Origin: Helicobacter sp. CLO-3
GTDB lineage: Bacteria; Campylobacterota; Campylobacteria; Campylobacterales; Helicobacteraceae
DNA: 47,182 bases
Assembly (NCBI RefSeq): GCF_001854545.1
Contig: NZ_MLQN01000019.1
Location: 1-47,182, forward strand
Direction of reading: 5' to 3'
The notes under the pieces were generated by a model. That model searched no databases and was not told where the DNA came from. It saw nothing but the letters and a program-made list of their open reading frames with translations. Position 1 is the stretch's first letter; each line of letters begins with the position of its first letter. Shown here piece after piece: positions 1 through 12,383 of the stretch. The position numbers and the translations under genes were made by a program.

Positions 1-379
1 AAGATCCTCGCCGCACTAGAGAACTACTAAAACCACTAAGGCCCTATATGCAAAAAGTTCGCTTTACTACAAAGATTGGCTACTATACACCTTGGCTGTA
101 TAGGATTCTTAAAAAAATTAAGCGAAATTTTGTTTAAGAAACAAAAAATTAATAAAATTTTATAGATAATTTTAACAAAATATATTTTTATTCTCTGAAT
201 GCTTCAAGCTAACAATTTTACACTTTCGAACAAAAATTCGAAATAAGAGAAGTGCAAAATCGCTGTGTATAAATCGCAGAATCTAGCTAAAATACGATTT
301 TGTTTTGCCCATTTTATTTGCTAGATTTTGCAAATTGTTTGCGTAAAAAAATTATCTAAAAATCACCAAAAGGACACAT

Positions 380-1207
380 ATGCAAGCAGGGATTATAGGG
401 CTTGGGTTGATAGGCGGGAGTATGGGGCTGGCACTTCGCAAAAGCGAGGGCTTCACGCGCATCATCGGGCATGATGTCAATGCGCTTCACTGCCAGCAAG
501 CGCTACTACTTGGGCTAGTGGATGAGTGCGTGGATTTTGAGCAAATTTTGAAATGTGATGTGATATTTATCGCCACGCCGCTTGATGCGATAATCTCGAT
601 ACTTCAAAGCATCGATTCGCTGCCTTCAACCACTACTATCATCGATCTAGGCGGGGCGAAAGAGCAAATCATCCGCGCCGTGCCAGAGCAAATACGCAAA
701 AACTTCATCGCCGCCCATCCCATGAGCGGGACAGAAAACTATGGTCCAAATGCCGCGCTAGAGGGACTTTTTTATAATAAAATCGTGATTTTGGCAGATC
801 TAGAAAATAGCGGCGAGCTGCAAGTAGCACTAGCAAAGCAAATATTTAATGACATAGGCATGCGCATCATCAAAATGAGTGCCAAAGAGCATGATAGGCA
901 TGTGGCGTTTATCTCGCATCTGCCGCATGTGATTTCATTTGCGCTGGCAAACACGGTGCTTTCACAAGAAGAGCCGCAAAATATTTTGGCACTCATTGGC
1001 GGGGGCTTCAAGGATATGAGTCGCATCGCCAAAAGCTCGCCTATCATGTGGCGCGATGTGTTTGCGCAAAACAAGCAGAATCTGCTGGATTCTATCGAGT
1101 GCTTTGGCAAGGAGATGATATACGCGGAGACGCTTATCAAAGAGGAGCGCTGGGAGGATCTCATAGAGTGGATGAAGCGCGCAAATTCGCTGCATGAGTT
1201 TATGTAG
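380..1207 (+). CDS. tyrA: Prephenate dehydrogenase (TyrA family), NAD-binding
   Basis: N-terminal Rossmann GxGxxG (GLGLIGGSMGLAL) and a TyrA-type HPMSG motif (AAHPMSGTE). ATG at 380 follows a weak SD-like AAAAGGA. Length 275 aa fits monofunctional TyrA. Confidence 0.75.
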   Translation: MQAGIIGLGLIGGSMGLALRKSEGFTRIIGHDVNALHCQQALLLGLVDECVDFEQILKCDVIFIATPLDAIISILQSIDSLPSTTTIIDLGGAKEQIIRAVPEQIRKNFIAAHPMSGTENYGPNAALEGLFYNKIVILADLENSGELQVALAKQIFNDIGMRIIKMSAKEHDRHVAFISHLPHVISFALANTVLSQEEPQNILALIGGGFKDMSRIAKSSPIMWRDVFAQNKQNLLDSIECFGKEMIYAETLIKEERWEDLIEWMKRANSLHEFM

Positions 1208-1729
1208 ATTCTGTGTCTTGTGTGGATTTTGGGGTAAATTTTGGAGCGCAGAGTGGGTATCTGGTGCAAAGCAAACATGAAGTGCAATAGGTATTGAAGT
1301 AAAGCAGGCGCAGAATCTAGATTTTAGATTCTCGTTTTGCGGAGATAAAATAGCAAATCCAAGAAAGGCGGGGCTAAGAAAACCCCGCAAGCCCTAGCGC
1401 TTAACATTTATCCTAATTTTAAAGCCAAAAAGCTTGAAATTTAGATATAATGCAAACGCAAGGCTTTTGTTATGCTTCCTCATAACTCCGCCTTTACATT
1501 GGAATGCGCCCCAATATAAATTGGGGCGAGGTATTATACTGCTTTCACGCTTATATTGCGATTTATGCCACCGATTGCCACTCAAATAAACAAATTTCAA
1601 ATCCAAAATCCAGATTCTAATCAAACGCAAGATTAATGCCAAACAAGCGCCCTGCCCTGCTCTAGCTCTGCTTTGCAAAATTTCGCAAGATTCTCTAAAA
1701 TCCCGCAAATTTTCGCGCGCTATCTCACA

Positions 1730-2227
1730 CTATTTCCCGCCACTAGTATTCCCTAGAATCCTCGCATGCGTGATGGCAATAGCGATGGCATCGGTGATGT
1801 CTAGCGGTTTTATCTCTGCTTTGATGCCTAGAATCTGCTTCACCATAAACGCCACTTGATTTTTATCCGCCTTGCCATTGCCTGTGATTGCCTTTTTCAC
1901 TTGCAGCGGCGTGTATTCGGCGAAGTTGCCTATATCTTGCAGGATTTTTAGGCTGATAGCGCCACGCATTTGTGCTAGCTTCAGCACGCTTTTGGGATTA
2001 TAAGCATAGAAAATATCCTCCATCGCCACAGAATCTATTTTGTGCTCTTTTAGCACCAAATCTATGCCTTCGACAAATTCGAGAATCTGGCTTTGCAAAT
2101 CACGCTCTTTTATTTTGATAAACCCAGCTTCTATGAGCTTCAGCGCGCCAGCATTTGCACTCGTGCCACTAGAAATGACAGCATAGCCACAATTCCTGCT
2201 TCCCGGATCAATCCCAAGCACTATCAT
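1730..2227 (-). CDS. ruvC: Crossover junction endodeoxyribonuclease RuvC
   Basis: [19 protein letters not shown]-terminus (RNase H-like fold with catalytic Asp), length 165 aa, typical of RuvC. Confidence 0.9.
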   Translation of the reverse strand: MIVLGIDPGSRNCGYAVISSGTSANAGALKLIEAGFIKIKERDLQSQILEFVEGIDLVLKEHKIDSVAMEDIFYAYNPKSVLKLAQMRGAISLKILQDIGNFAEYTPLQVKKAITGNGKADKNQVAFMVKQILGIKAEIKPLDITDAIAIAITHARILGNTSGGK

Positions 2228-2256
2228 AATTTCAAATCCTGTATATTTGTTTTATG

Positions 2257-2387
2257 TTTTTCACATATTGTTTTTGCTAGAATCCTGCGTTCTAAACGCG
2301 CTATTTTAGTGCATAAGCGCTATGAGATTCGTTAAATTTGCTAAATTATTCACGCAAATGATAAAAGTTATTCACATATTTTTCACT
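2257..2387 (+). promoter_or_regulatory. Cluster of four DnaA-box-like 9-mers upstream of dnaA: candidate oriC1 and dnaA promoter region
   Basis: TTTTTCACA at 2257-2265, TTATTCACG at 2346-2354, TTATTCACA at 2368-2376, TTTTTCACT at 2379-2387. All are in the same orientation in the ruvC-dnaA intergenic region. Each is 1-2 mismatches from the canonical TTATCCACA and close to Helicobacter-type T(T/C)ATTCACA boxes. Confidence 0.55.
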
Positions 2388-2464
2388 AGCTTAGCGCGCC
2401 AATGTGACAAACCAAAGCAAGACAAATTCAAAACACCAGCACAGCAAACTAGCAAGGAGAATCT

Positions 2465-3784
2465 ATGATTTGGGATGAAGTGCTTCAGCATATCAAAAAA
2501 GAAGTATCGCCTCAAGAATTTGATAAATATATTTCTTTGATGAAATACGATGAAAACGCCTCCAAAAGCAACCTTGCCGTATTTATCGTCCCAAACCCTT
2601 ACATAAAAACATGGATAGAAACCAGCTACGCCGAAAGCATCGCGCATATCTTTGAAATCATCAATAAAACCAAAACCGAGGTAAAAATCGAAGTCGCCAA
2701 AGAAAAACAAGGCAATAAAAGCCAAAAAGCCAAAAACCAGCGCATACAAGAACAGCATTTCCTAAACTCGCAACAAACCTTTGATAACTTCGTAGTAGGA
2801 AGCAGCAACGAGCACGCCTTCACCGTCGCCGAAAGCGCCGCCAAGCGCCAAGCCACCGCGTTTAACCCGCTGCTGATATACGGGCACACCGGACTTGGCA
2901 AAACGCACCTTTTATACGCGATAGGCAACTTTGCAATGGAACATCGCAAAAAAGTGATATACATAACCGCCGAAGAGTTTATGAATGAATACCACAAACA
3001 CCTAAAACAGCGCACTATGGATGCTTTTAGAGATGTGTATCGCAATTGTGATTATCTGCTTATTGATGATGTGCAGTTTCTAGGCGGGAAGAGCAACTTG
3101 CAAGAGGAGTTTTTCAACACTTTTGAGGCGCTGTATAAAAGCAAAAAACAAATCGTCATGACTTCTGATAAACTACCAAAGCAAATCCAAGGACTAGAGG
3201 AGCGGATAAGGTCGAGGTTTGAAGGCGGGATGATGATGGAAATCCAGCCCCCAGAGATAGAGACAAAGGTGCGCATCATCGAGCAAAAATGCCGCGACAA
3301 CCAAATAAATATGGATAAAGAAACCATAAACTTCCTAGCAGAAAACATAAATGAAAACATCCGCCAGATTGAGAGCGTAATACTCAAGCTAAACTTCCAG
3401 CACTCCATAACAAACCAGCCCATAAGCATATCTATGGCAAAAAATGTCCTAAAAGAAATCCAAAAAGAAGCCAATGAAGAAATCGGGCTAGAAAAAATCA
3501 TAAACGCCGTCGCTAAAGAATGCAATGTAAAACCAAGCGAAATCATCTCCAAATCGCGCACCTCGCGCATCGTGCAAGCAAGGCATCTAGTCATCTATCT
3601 CACAAGAACACTCGCTTCATCGATAGATTCTATGGGGATGCTCGCACAAAAGCTAAATATGAAAGACCACAGCGCGATTTCAAAGGCATTCACCCAAATC
3701 AGCAAAAAGATAGAAAGCGATGAGAATCTAAAACGACTCTCAAAAGAGCTAAAAAACAAAATACAAAACGAAAAAAGCCTATAA
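2465..3784 (+). CDS. dnaA: Chromosomal replication initiator protein DnaA
   Basis: AAA+ Walker A GHTGLGKTHLL, Walker B LLIDDVQFL, C-terminal DnaA-box-binding domain (IVQARHLVIYLTRTL). Strong SD AAGGAG before ATG at 2465. Confidence 0.95.
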   Translation: MIWDEVLQHIKKEVSPQEFDKYISLMKYDENASKSNLAVFIVPNPYIKTWIETSYAESIAHIFEIINKTKTEVKIEVAKEKQGNKSQKAKNQRIQEQHFLNSQQTFDNFVVGSSNEHAFTVAESAAKRQATAFNPLLIYGHTGLGKTHLLYAIGNFAMEHRKKVIYITAEEFMNEYHKHLKQRTMDAFRDVYRNCDYLLIDDVQFLGGKSNLQEEFFNTFEALYKSKKQIVMTSDKLPKQIQGLEERIRSRFEGGMMMEIQPPEIETKVRIIEQKCRDNQINMDKETINFLAENINENIRQIESVILKLNFQHSITNQPISISMAKNVLKEIQKEANEEIGLEKIINAVAKECNVKPSEIISKSRTSRIVQARHLVIYLTRTLASSIDSMGMLAQKLNMKDHSAISKAFTQISKKIESDENLKRLSKELKNKIQNEKSL

Positions 3785-3803
3785 TCTGCTATAATACGCG
3801 CGG

Positions 3804-3925
3804 TGAAATGTCGTGAAAAGTCAAAGACAAAAATATCACTTAGCAAATCTCGCAAAATAGGGCGCTAGGATATGTTTTTCACTTTTTCACGAAGACTACT
3901 AATACTTCTAATTTCATAATAAAAA
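3804..3925 (+). promoter_or_regulatory. Second DnaA-box cluster plus AT-rich tract between dnaA and dnaN: candidate oriC2 / DNA-unwinding region
   Basis: Inverted boxes GTGAAAT (3804-3810) and CGTGAAAAG (3812-3820). Direct TTTTTCAC at 3875-3882 and TTTTTCACG at 3883-3891. AT-rich run taatacttctaatttcataataaaaa follows at 3899-3925. Confidence 0.5.
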
Positions 3926-3934
3926 GGAGCAGCG

Positions 3935-5035
3935 ATGAAAATCACGCTAAACAAGACAAACTTCGAAATGATCCTAAACAACTTCCAATCATTTCTCGAC
4001 AAAAAAGACTCATCACAAATCACATCCCATATCTACCTAGAAACTATGGGTGATAAGCTACTTATGAAAGCGACAGATTATGAGATCTCTATCCAATCAA
4101 AGATTGATATCTTGCAAAACGCAGAGGATGGCATCGCTACGATAGAGGGCAAAAAAATACTTCCCATCATCAAACAACTAAAAGATGGCGAAGTCACACT
4201 AGAAACAAAAGACAGCCAAATACTTGTAAAACAAGGAAAGGCGAAGTTTAAGCTTTCTACATTTAACGCAGCAGAATTCAACAACGCCACAAAATTCCCA
4301 GAAATCAGCGAAAATGACACAAAGATAAATCTAGATTCTATCGATTTCATCAAATCAATCGAGAAAGTGGCAGTGGCAGCGGATTCTAGCGCGCACAAAA
4401 TAGATAATCATCGCATCGAGCTCACAGGGACACTTATCGATGTGAAAGATTATTATTGCAACTTTGTAGGCACAGATACTAGAAGACTAGCGATAATCCG
4501 CCAAAACACCCAATCTATCGGCACGCAACTTTCTATCATCATCCCCAAACGCGCGATTTTAGAGATAAAAAAGCTCTTTTCTGATGATTTTGAGATATTT
4601 TTCTCACAGACGATGCTTTTTGTGCGCTCGCAAAATTACGCGTTTTCTACCAAGCTCATAAATGGCAAATATCCAGACTATGAGAAAATCATCCCAAAAG
4701 ATTTCAAAATGCAGCTAAAACTGCCAAAAAGAGACATCGAAGAAGCGATAAACCTCATCAAATCATTATCAGTAAATGTCAAAATCACGCTAGATTCTAA
4801 TGGCTTGCTTTTTGAAGCGATGAGCTCTGAAGAGCTAGAATCTGCTAGCACGCAAATCGAGCTTCCACTAGAGATACCAGAGCCTATCACGCTTGGGATG
4901 AATGCGCAATATATCTTAGATTTCTTGCGATATATCAATGTGGCAGAGTTTGAGATTTTGATAAATGAAGCGAATATGCCTTTTATGCTTAGAGATGAAA
5001 ATTACTCTACTATCATTATGCCAGTGCTTTGCTAG
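3935..5035 (+). CDS. dnaN: DNA polymerase III beta sliding clamp
   Basis: 366 aa, three-domain beta clamp architecture, position immediately after dnaA, strong SD AAAGGAG before the ATG. Confidence 0.9.
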   Translation: MKITLNKTNFEMILNNFQSFLDKKDSSQITSHIYLETMGDKLLMKATDYEISIQSKIDILQNAEDGIATIEGKKILPIIKQLKDGEVTLETKDSQILVKQGKAKFKLSTFNAAEFNNATKFPEISENDTKINLDSIDFIKSIEKVAVAADSSAHKIDNHRIELTGTLIDVKDYYCNFVGTDTRRLAIIRQNTQSIGTQLSIIIPKRAILEIKKLFSDDFEIFFSQTMLFVRSQNYAFSTKLINGKYPDYEKIIPKDFKMQLKLPKRDIEEAINLIKSLSVNVKITLDSNGLLFEAMSSEELESASTQIELPLEIPEPITLGMNAQYILDFLRYINVAEFEILINEANMPFMLRDENYSTIIMPVLC

Positions 5036-5087
5036 GATCTAAAAGCTAGAATCTAGATTCTAGTAAGATTCTGCGCCACAAAGCTAA

Positions 5088-7460
<2,373 letters not shown>

Positions 7461-7668
7461 GGTGCGTTTAGTAGTGTTTGCTAGGCGCGCTTAGCTGTAA
7501 GCGCGTGAAGCGCGTAAAAGTGTTTTGGCGTGCGTGGTGCGTATGTAGCGCGCTTTAAGCGTTTGAAGTAATAAGTTTGGCAAATCTAGCGATTTAGCAA
7601 AATCTATGGGTTTATGTGAAATCTTAGGCAAAATCTATTGATTGAAATGAGTTTAGTAGGGAAATTTG

Positions 7669-7929
7669 ATGTTTGATTTTTTTCGTAGAGAAAATGTGAC
7701 TATCGTTGATGGCGTAGAGATCGTCTCTAGGAGCATAGATTTTGGCTTTTTGGCGATTTTTGCGTTTTCATTTATGGTTGGGATTTTTATCTATTTTTTG
7801 CCTACTTTTATCGCTGTTATGCGAAATCACAAGGATAAATTACTAATTTTTATCATAAATATTAGCTTTGGCTGGAGCGTGCTTGGCTGGATTGTCGCGC
7901 TTGGCATTAGCTTTATGAAAAAAGATTAG
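7669..7929 (+). CDS. Small two-helix membrane protein, possibly superinfection-immunity (Imm_superinfect)-like
   Basis: 86 aa from the ATG at 7669 (the track begins at a TTG 3 nt upstream). Two hydrophobic helices and a C-terminal GWSVLGWIVALGISF motif that resembles the GWxGWIxAL signature I recall for the PF14373 family. Assignment is tentative. Confidence 0.4.
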   Translation: MFDFFRRENVTIVDGVEIVSRSIDFGFLAIFAFSFMVGIFIYFLPTFIAVMRNHKDKLLIFIINISFGWSVLGWIVALGISFMKKD

Positions 7930-8305
7930 ATTCTAGCTTTTATATTGCATCATCTTGAACCAGCATTCGAAATTCATCCAAAAACATCGCTTTAAACGCC
8001 AAAAATACTAGAATCTAACCCGCCAAACACCCCAAAACTCATCAAATAGCAAATCGTTGAAATAAACGCCATTCAAGCGCGTTTAACGCTACAAAACTTT
8101 TTGAGCTAATTAAACATAATCTGTGCGGTTATCAGCGATAATTAGCAAAAGTGCTATAAAACTTTTGAAATGCTTGAAATGCCTTGAAACTTCTTAAATC
8201 CCATAAAATCATAGCTAGAATGCAGAATCTAGATTCTAGGCTCTAGCATCCTTAGCACTAAAGATTTTTTATAGCTTCCTAGTTTTTCTATCTAGAATCT
8301 AGATT

Positions 8306-9067
8306 CTACTTCACATCTTTTAGCACAAGCTCCACCGGGCAATGATCGCTGCCATGTATTTCTGGGTGGATTCCAGCGCTTTGGAGTTTGGATTCTAGCG
8401 CGCGCGAGCAGAGAAAATAATCAATCCGCCACCCCGTGTTATTCGCCCTCGCCTTTCCCATATAGCTCCACCAAGTATAAGCGCCTTCTTTGTCCGGGTA
8501 AAAATGCCTAAAAGTATCGATAAACCCAGAATCCAAAAGCGCGCTCATCTTCTCGCGCTCCTCATCTGTAAAACCTGCGTTGCGGCGATTTGTTTTTGGA
8601 TTTTTGAGATCGATTTCTTTATGCGCGACATTGAGATCGCCACACACGATGACACCTTTATGTTTTTCTAGATTTTTCAAAAACGCACGAAAATCATCCT
8701 CCCACTCCATGCGATATTCCAAGCGTTCCAGCTCGCGCTTGCTATTTGGCGTATAAACATTAACAAGATAAAAGTCATTATATTCTGCGGTGATGATGCG
8801 CCCTTCTTTGTCATGATGCGTGATCCCCATGTCATAGGCGACATTTAAAGGCGCTTTTTTGCTAAAAATCGCCACGCCAGAATAGCCCTTTTTTTCCGCA
8901 CTATTCCAGTATTCCTCATAGTTTGGGAAGTCAAAAGTTGCTTGTTCGCGTAGCATTTTAGATTCTTGTATGCAAAACACATCCGCATCAACAGCGTTAA
9001 AAAACTCCATAAACCCCTTATTCATGCATGCGCGCAATCCATTGACATTCCAAGAAATAAGCTTCAT
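8306..9067 (-). CDS. xthA: Exodeoxyribonuclease III (AP endonuclease)
   Basis: MKLISWNVNGLRA N-terminus, EEP-family catalytic motifs (CIQESK, GDLNVAHKEIDL, SDHCPV). 253 aa. Confidence 0.9.
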   Translation of the reverse strand: MKLISWNVNGLRACMNKGFMEFFNAVDADVFCIQESKMLREQATFDFPNYEEYWNSAEKKGYSGVAIFSKKAPLNVAYDMGITHHDKEGRIITAEYNDFYLVNVYTPNSKRELERLEYRMEWEDDFRAFLKNLEKHKGVIVCGDLNVAHKEIDLKNPKTNRRNAGFTDEEREKMSALLDSGFIDTFRHFYPDKEGAYTWWSYMGKARANNTGWRIDYFLCSRALESKLQSAGIHPEIHGSDHCPVELVLKDVK

Positions 9068-9209
9068 TTACGCGCTCCTTACTCTAGAATTTAAAAAATC
9101 CAAACGAGAATCTAAACTTGCCGCCCATAGCCAACATAGCCCAAATGCCCCAGCCCCAAACAGCCAAATATAGCCTAAACGCTCCAAACACTCCAAACGC
9201 CCAAAATAC

Positions 9210-10598
9210 CTATTTTTGCTCTTTTTTCTGGCTTATTTTATCTAGCAAGTTTTTGCCTAGCTCACTTTGTGCGAGCCCTTCAAGCATCGCGCCTAGTTGC
9301 GTGCCACCTTTTGCAGAGAAAAATTCACTTACACTTTTTAGCCCTTCATTGACATTGCCATTGCTCGCATTTGCGATGATTTTGATATCTGCTTTATCAA
9401 GCGCTTTTGCTTGCTCGATGCCTATGGCTTGAGAGGCTTCGATTTGGCGGATTGAGATGAGGTAGTTTTGATAGCCTTGATTTTCGCCTATTTCTTGTGC
9501 GAGTGAGATTTGCGCTTCGATTGGCGCCATTTGCATGAGCTTTTCACTTTGGGCTTTTGCAGCACCTTCTAGCTCGATACCTTTTGATTCTTTGCTTTTC
9601 ATTTCTAGCAGGGCTTCTGCCTCGCGCTTTTTAGATTCTAGCAGGGCTTCAGCTTTTAAGATATCTTTTTGCTTATCACCTTCTGCGTTGATGATGGCGG
9701 TTTGCTTGATTTCTTCAGCCTTTACGACATTGACATCTTTTGTGATTTCTGCGCGCTTGATGTCAGCGACTTTGATGACTTCCATTTCTTTTTCTTTGGT
9801 GACTTTTTCTTGCTCTTTGACAAGCTGTGCGGCTTTTTGCGCGGAGATATCGACTTCTCTTTGAGATTCTACGGTTTTTAGTCCCACGACTTGTTTTGCG
9901 ATTTGCTCTTGGATCTGCGTGGCTTGTTCGGCGTTGATTTCAGCGATTTCAGCATTTTTGATATTTTCTGCCACTTCGACGCGACTTTGCATTTCGATAA
10001 GAGATTTTTTCTTTTCCATGATATTGCGGATGACATTAGAATCTTGGCTATCTCTTATATCCATAAGCTCCAAATTTTTAACCGTTTCAACGCCCCAGCT
10101 TGCGAGCTGTTCGCGCACTTCTTTGGTAAAGCTATCGCCAAAAGTGCTTCTTGAGTGCATGATGTCTTCAATCTCATGAGAAGAAAGTATCGTCCTAACA
10201 GAGCCTTGAATAATCGCGCGCAACTGCTCGATAAGCTCATCAAAGCTGCTTACTCTTTGGGCTGCGACATTAGAATCTTTGATACGAAAAAAGGCAGTAA
10301 TATCCACGATAAAAGGCACCCTGCCCTTATCATAGGCTTCATAGCCATTGAGATTTATGTCAAACACAGAAACAGGCAAAACGATTTTTGTCACCCCAAA
10401 AATAGGCACCCAAGAGGGCCACTCATAGTAAGTGTTGCCATTTCCAGTGTCTTTGCCAAAAGAAGTGGTGTTTTTGGCAGATTGGATGATATGCACTTCA
10501 TTTGTCGCCACCACGCGGCGGAAAAGCAGCGCCACCAAAACAATCACCACAAGCAGCGCCAGCAAAGCGCCAACCAGAATCGAAACAAAACTTATCAT
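9210..10598 (-). CDS. Flotillin-like SPFH/band-7 membrane protein
   Basis: N-terminal TM helix (ISFVSILVGALLALLVVIVLVALL), SPFH domain, long EA-rich coiled coil (AEIAEINAEQATQIQEQIAK; EAEALLEMKSKE). The likely ATG start at 10598 (AAGGA 8 nt upstream) is preferred over the TTG at 10604. Confidence 0.8.
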   Translation of the reverse strand: MISFVSILVGALLALLVVIVLVALLFRRVVATNEVHIIQSAKNTTSFGKDTGNGNTYYEWPSWVPIFGVTKIVLPVSVFDINLNGYEAYDKGRVPFIVDITAFFRIKDSNVAAQRVSSFDELIEQLRAIIQGSVRTILSSHEIEDIMHSRSTFGDSFTKEVREQLASWGVETVKNLELMDIRDSQDSNVIRNIMEKKKSLIEMQSRVEVAENIKNAEIAEINAEQATQIQEQIAKQVVGLKTVESQREVDISAQKAAQLVKEQEKVTKEKEMEVIKVADIKRAEITKDVNVVKAEEIKQTAIINAEGDKQKDILKAEALLESKKREAEALLEMKSKESKGIELEGAAKAQSEKLMQMAPIEAQISLAQEIGENQGYQNYLISIRQIEASQAIGIEQAKALDKADIKIIANASNGNVNEGLKSVSEFFSAKGGTQLGAMLEGLAQSELGKNLLDKISQKKEQK

Positions 10599-10699
10599 AG
10601 TCAATCCTTATTAAGCAAAATTTGCCAAAAAGCATAACATAAAATTTATTTTCAAAAAATAAAATGCTACAATTAACACAAAAAGCAGAAAGGAAAACT

Positions 10700-11692
10700 A
10701 TGTCAAATGCTCTTATACAAAGCTTTGATACAGCGCTAAGTGAAAGGAAGCTTTCAAGGGATATCATCGATGAATTTGACAAAGAGGAAAAAAGGCAATC
10801 CGCCGCGCTTTGTGAAAATATCAAGGGCAATGTGGCGCATTTTGAGCAAAGTGATGGATTTATTTTTGAGACGCTAAATGCGATTAAGGCAAATATAGAT
10901 TCTATCAATCCGCATAATTTTAAGCTCTCATTCTTTGATAAAATCTTTGGCAAGCAGACGCAGAAATTTAAAAAATATTTTGAAAAATTTAGCACAAATA
11001 AAAGCTTTTTGAATCAGCTTGTGGCAAAGCTTGATGAAGGCAAAGAGATTTTGACAAGGGATAATATCACGCTTGCGCTTGAGGTGGAGAAAAATGCGAA
11101 TCTAAGCGCACTACTACAAGCAAAGCTAGATATTCTCAAAGAAGCTGATTTGTATGCGGAAAATAAGCTTAAAGAGATCGAAAACGACGCTTTGAAAGGG
11201 GATTTTGAAAAGCAGATTCTCTTTGTGCTAAAGCAAAAAATCATCGATCTAAGCCAGCAAATCGCCGTGCATACGCAAGGTGAGCTTGCGCTAAAAACGC
11301 TTATAAATAATAACAAAGAGCTTATCAACGCTGTCGAGCGCACAAAGGTGGTGACGCTCAATGCGCTAAGCGTGGCGATAATCACCGCGCAAGGCTTGGA
11401 GCAGCAAAAGCGCGTTTTAAACGCGGTGCAGGGGATAAACGAGCAGACAAGTGACCTCATCGCGCATAATGCAAAAGCGCTAAAAGAGCAAGGCAAGGCT
11501 ATCCAAGAGGGCGCAAGTGAAGCGATGCTAGATATGGAGAAGCTAAAGGGCGCGTTTGATGATGTTTTGGATGCTTTGCATTCTGCGCAAGAATACAAGC
11601 AAAACGCGCTGCCAAAAATGCGCGAAAATATCAAAGTTTTTGATTCTTATCTTGCGAAAGCTGCGCATTTAAATAAGGCAAACTTTGGCTGA
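10700..11692 (+). CDS. All-helical coiled-coil protein, possibly TelA-like toxic-anion-resistance family
   Basis: About 330 aa from the ATG at 10700, which has SD AAAGGA at 6-nt spacing (the track start at 10664 has no SD). Predicted entirely helical. The TelA-like call rests only on length and composition and is tentative. Divergently transcribed from the flotillin gene. Confidence 0.35.
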   Translation: MSNALIQSFDTALSERKLSRDIIDEFDKEEKRQSAALCENIKGNVAHFEQSDGFIFETLNAIKANIDSINPHNFKLSFFDKIFGKQTQKFKKYFEKFSTNKSFLNQLVAKLDEGKEILTRDNITLALEVEKNANLSALLQAKLDILKEADLYAENKLKEIENDALKGDFEKQILFVLKQKIIDLSQQIAVHTQGELALKTLINNNKELINAVERTKVVTLNALSVAIITAQGLEQQKRVLNAVQGINEQTSDLIAHNAKALKEQGKAIQEGASEAMLDMEKLKGAFDDVLDALHSAQEYKQNALPKMRENIKVFDSYLAKAAHLNKANFG

Positions 11693-12383
11693 TTTTATCA
11701 CAAGATTTAATAAAAATTTAGAAAAAATAGATTCCCTCGCGCTGTCGTTTTATGAAAAAGATTTGCTTTTTAGCGCGTATTACAATCACCTAAACCATCT
11801 TGAGATAAGCCCGCAGGCAAGGGAGCTTATGAAGGCGCTTGGCATAAGTTTTAGGCATAAAAATATTATTTTTGATTCTGAAATATTAGAATCTAAAACG
11901 CTAGAATCTAACCAAAGCAAAGTGCAAAATAATCAAGCCAAAGCGCAAAAAGAGCCCAAAGAACGCGCGCTAAGCCTTTTTGAATGCGAGAATAAAGCAA
12001 AGGCTTTGCAGACTCAAAGCGAGCATTTTTTGGAGCAAATTAAGCTAAACCTTGAAAAAACGCTTCATCCACAAGAGCTCGCGTTTTTAAAAATTAGCGC
12101 AATTTATCAAAAACTAGAGCAAGAAAAAGCGCGCTTGCAAGAGGCTTTGAGCGAGCTTACTGCAAACTTTTTGCAAGGATTTGAAAACCTTGAAGCACCT
12201 TTGCAGACTGAAATCACACAAAAGGCCAATGCGCTCACGCGCGCGCTAGAAAAGCAAAAAAATCTCTCCGCAAAACTCTGCTTTAAAATCCTAGAAATAA
12301 AAAACGCCCAGACAAAAAATACCACTTCACTTGAAACGCTTATAAACGAGCTAGACGCGTATTTACAAAATATAAAACATTAA
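11685..12383 (+). CDS. Hypothetical coiled-coil protein (TTG start overlapping the upstream stop)
   Basis: 232-aa ORF whose TTG at 11685 overlaps the TGA of the preceding gene (coupling). K/E/Q-rich coiled-coil composition. No recognisable motif. Confidence 0.45.
   Translation: MADFITRFNKNLEKIDSLALSFYEKDLLFSAYYNHLNHLEISPQARELMKALGISFRHKNIIFDSEILESKTLESNQSKVQNNQAKAQKEPKERALSLFECENKAKALQTQSEHFLEQIKLNLEKTLHPQELAFLKISAIYQKLEQEKARLQEALSELTANFLQGFENLEAPLQTEITQKANALTRALEKQKNLSAKLCFKILEIKNAQTKNTTSLETLINELDAYLQNIKH

Noticed and set aside
1394-1708. 104-aa minus-strand ORF between tyrA and ruvC
   Set aside because: Arg/Lys/Cys-rich, random-looking composition, no RBS. The region reads better as non-coding with hairpins.
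7461-7665. GC-rich near-palindrome gctaggcgcgcttagc after gyrB as an intrinsic terminator
   Set aside because: No following T-tract. Possibly a structural element, but the evidence is insufficient to call a terminator.
10155-10637. 160-aa plus-strand ORF antisense to the flotillin gene
   Set aside because: Embedded in a well-supported CDS on the other strand. His/Arg-rich unnatural composition.
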